Positions 63,216-64,000 of a stretch of DNA of 64,000 nt are shown piece after piece. Positions within the stretch are counted from its first letter, which is position 1. Each line of letters opens with the position of its first letter. The DNA comes from Chlorokybus atmophyticus (Eukaryota > Plantae > Mesostigma and Chlorokybus algae). The notes beneath the pieces were generated by a model, which worked only from the letters and a program-made list of their open reading frames with translations, did not search any database and had not been told where the DNA came from. Both the position numbers and the translations under genes were made by a program. The stretch lies in contig RHPI01001737.1 in NCBI GenBank assembly GCA_009103225.1, forward strand, positions 62,001 through 126,000, in the 5' to 3' direction.

Positions 63216-63379
63216 TGCGAGAAATGTGCAGCGCCGACAACGACCCGGTAATGCTGTTATGCGAAGGCTGCAACCAAGGCATGCACTGTTACTGCCTTGA
63301 CCCTCCATTAGACAAGGTGCCGCTGTGGGAGTATGAGTGCGATGACTGCCGCATCAACGGTCCTTCACACAACTGGTAG
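63216..63379 (+). pseudogene. PHD finger at the integrase C-terminus (one frameshift near 63230)
   Basis: CEKC / ADNDPVMLLCEGCNQGMHCYCLDPPLDKVPLWEYECDDC = C4HC3 spacing; stop TAG at 63377-63379. Confidence 0.9.
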
Positions 63380-63665
63380 AAGCTGACTCCTGGAGCAGGA
63401 GGCTACCCCAGAACCTCAAGGGGGTGGCTTGTTGACTGTGTGTACTACAGCACAGTAGGTACAGTAAGGAGGAGAGCGTCACCAGCTCTACTAATGATCA
63501 GATCCTCGAATAGGTTCATCCTCGAGCTTATGCCTGTTGTCTGAGGGGTTGTCTTTGTTTGTGTTGCTCTAATGCTGCGCGCAGAACCAGCATGCCCACG
63601 GCATGAGCGCTCATCTGACGTGTGCCCGAGACGGCGTGACCCTCGACCATGGCAGGCACGACAGA

Positions 63666-64000
63666 CGTCATGCCAAATACCCTTGCAGGCCAATCCTTCT
63701 CGAGCATGCCTACATCCAGCCCCGAGCCCGGGCTACCAGCATGATGACCGCGCGCGCCCTAGCCTACTGTTAGCTACCTCGTCCTTCATGTAGCATGTAG
63801 ACAGGGCTACTCTACAGATCTCTCTGTAGGAACCGCGCGTAGCTGATGAGTTATGAATTTATTATCCGCTCATGCGCTATATCAAGTCTTAAGGAATTTC
63901 GGTAGTAGCATACGGCCTCGATGTGACCGTTGCCTAGTGCCCGCGTGGCACTGCACAGTCAAGATTTAACATGTATAAGTATGAAGTCATGTCACTAGAC
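63666..64000 (+). repeat. 3' LTR (truncated by the window end)
   Basis: cgtcatgccaaatacc...; aligns with 53281-53617. Confidence 0.9.

Larger units (their letters stand above)
53281..64000 (+). mobile_element. Ty3/Gypsy LTR retrotransposon (decayed): gag - unknown region - PR - DNMT3-like - RT - RNase H - INT - PHD; 3' LTR truncated by the window
   Basis: LTR pair alignable over ~335 bp; domain order PR-RT-RH-INT; many stops and frameshifts; RT YIDD reads YIDV; first integrase Asp reads Asn. Confidence 0.93.

Overview
This is intron-rich eukaryotic DNA, most consistent with a green-lineage (probably early-diverging streptophyte) alga, judging from plant-like menB with PTS2, plant-type VPS36 and AAA ATPase, and a PAC/Ole e 1-like domain. 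Positions 1-39.7 kb are gene-dense: the 5' half of an Argonaute, a secreted multidomain heparinase II/III-like polysaccharide lyase of apparent bacterial origin, an MSP1-like AAA ATPase, and three head-to-head pairs (SCC3/menB, VPS36/YciI-like, XPA/CPSF73). From about 42 kb to the end is a nested block of decayed transposons: a pogo/Tigger-like element interrupted by a 531-bp TRIM, a composite microsatellite, an intron-containing Crypton (tyrosine recombinase + GCR1_C), a pogo-family MITE, and a Ty3/Gypsy element of more than 10.7 kb. The Gypsy pol carries a DNMT3-like cytosine methyltransferase between protease and RT, and a PHD finger after integrase. The strongest leads are this DNMT3-like + PHD retrotransposon and the PAC-domain/bacterial lyase fusion. 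All gene models and family calls come from manual motif recognition without database searches, so internal exon boundaries and some start codons are approximate.
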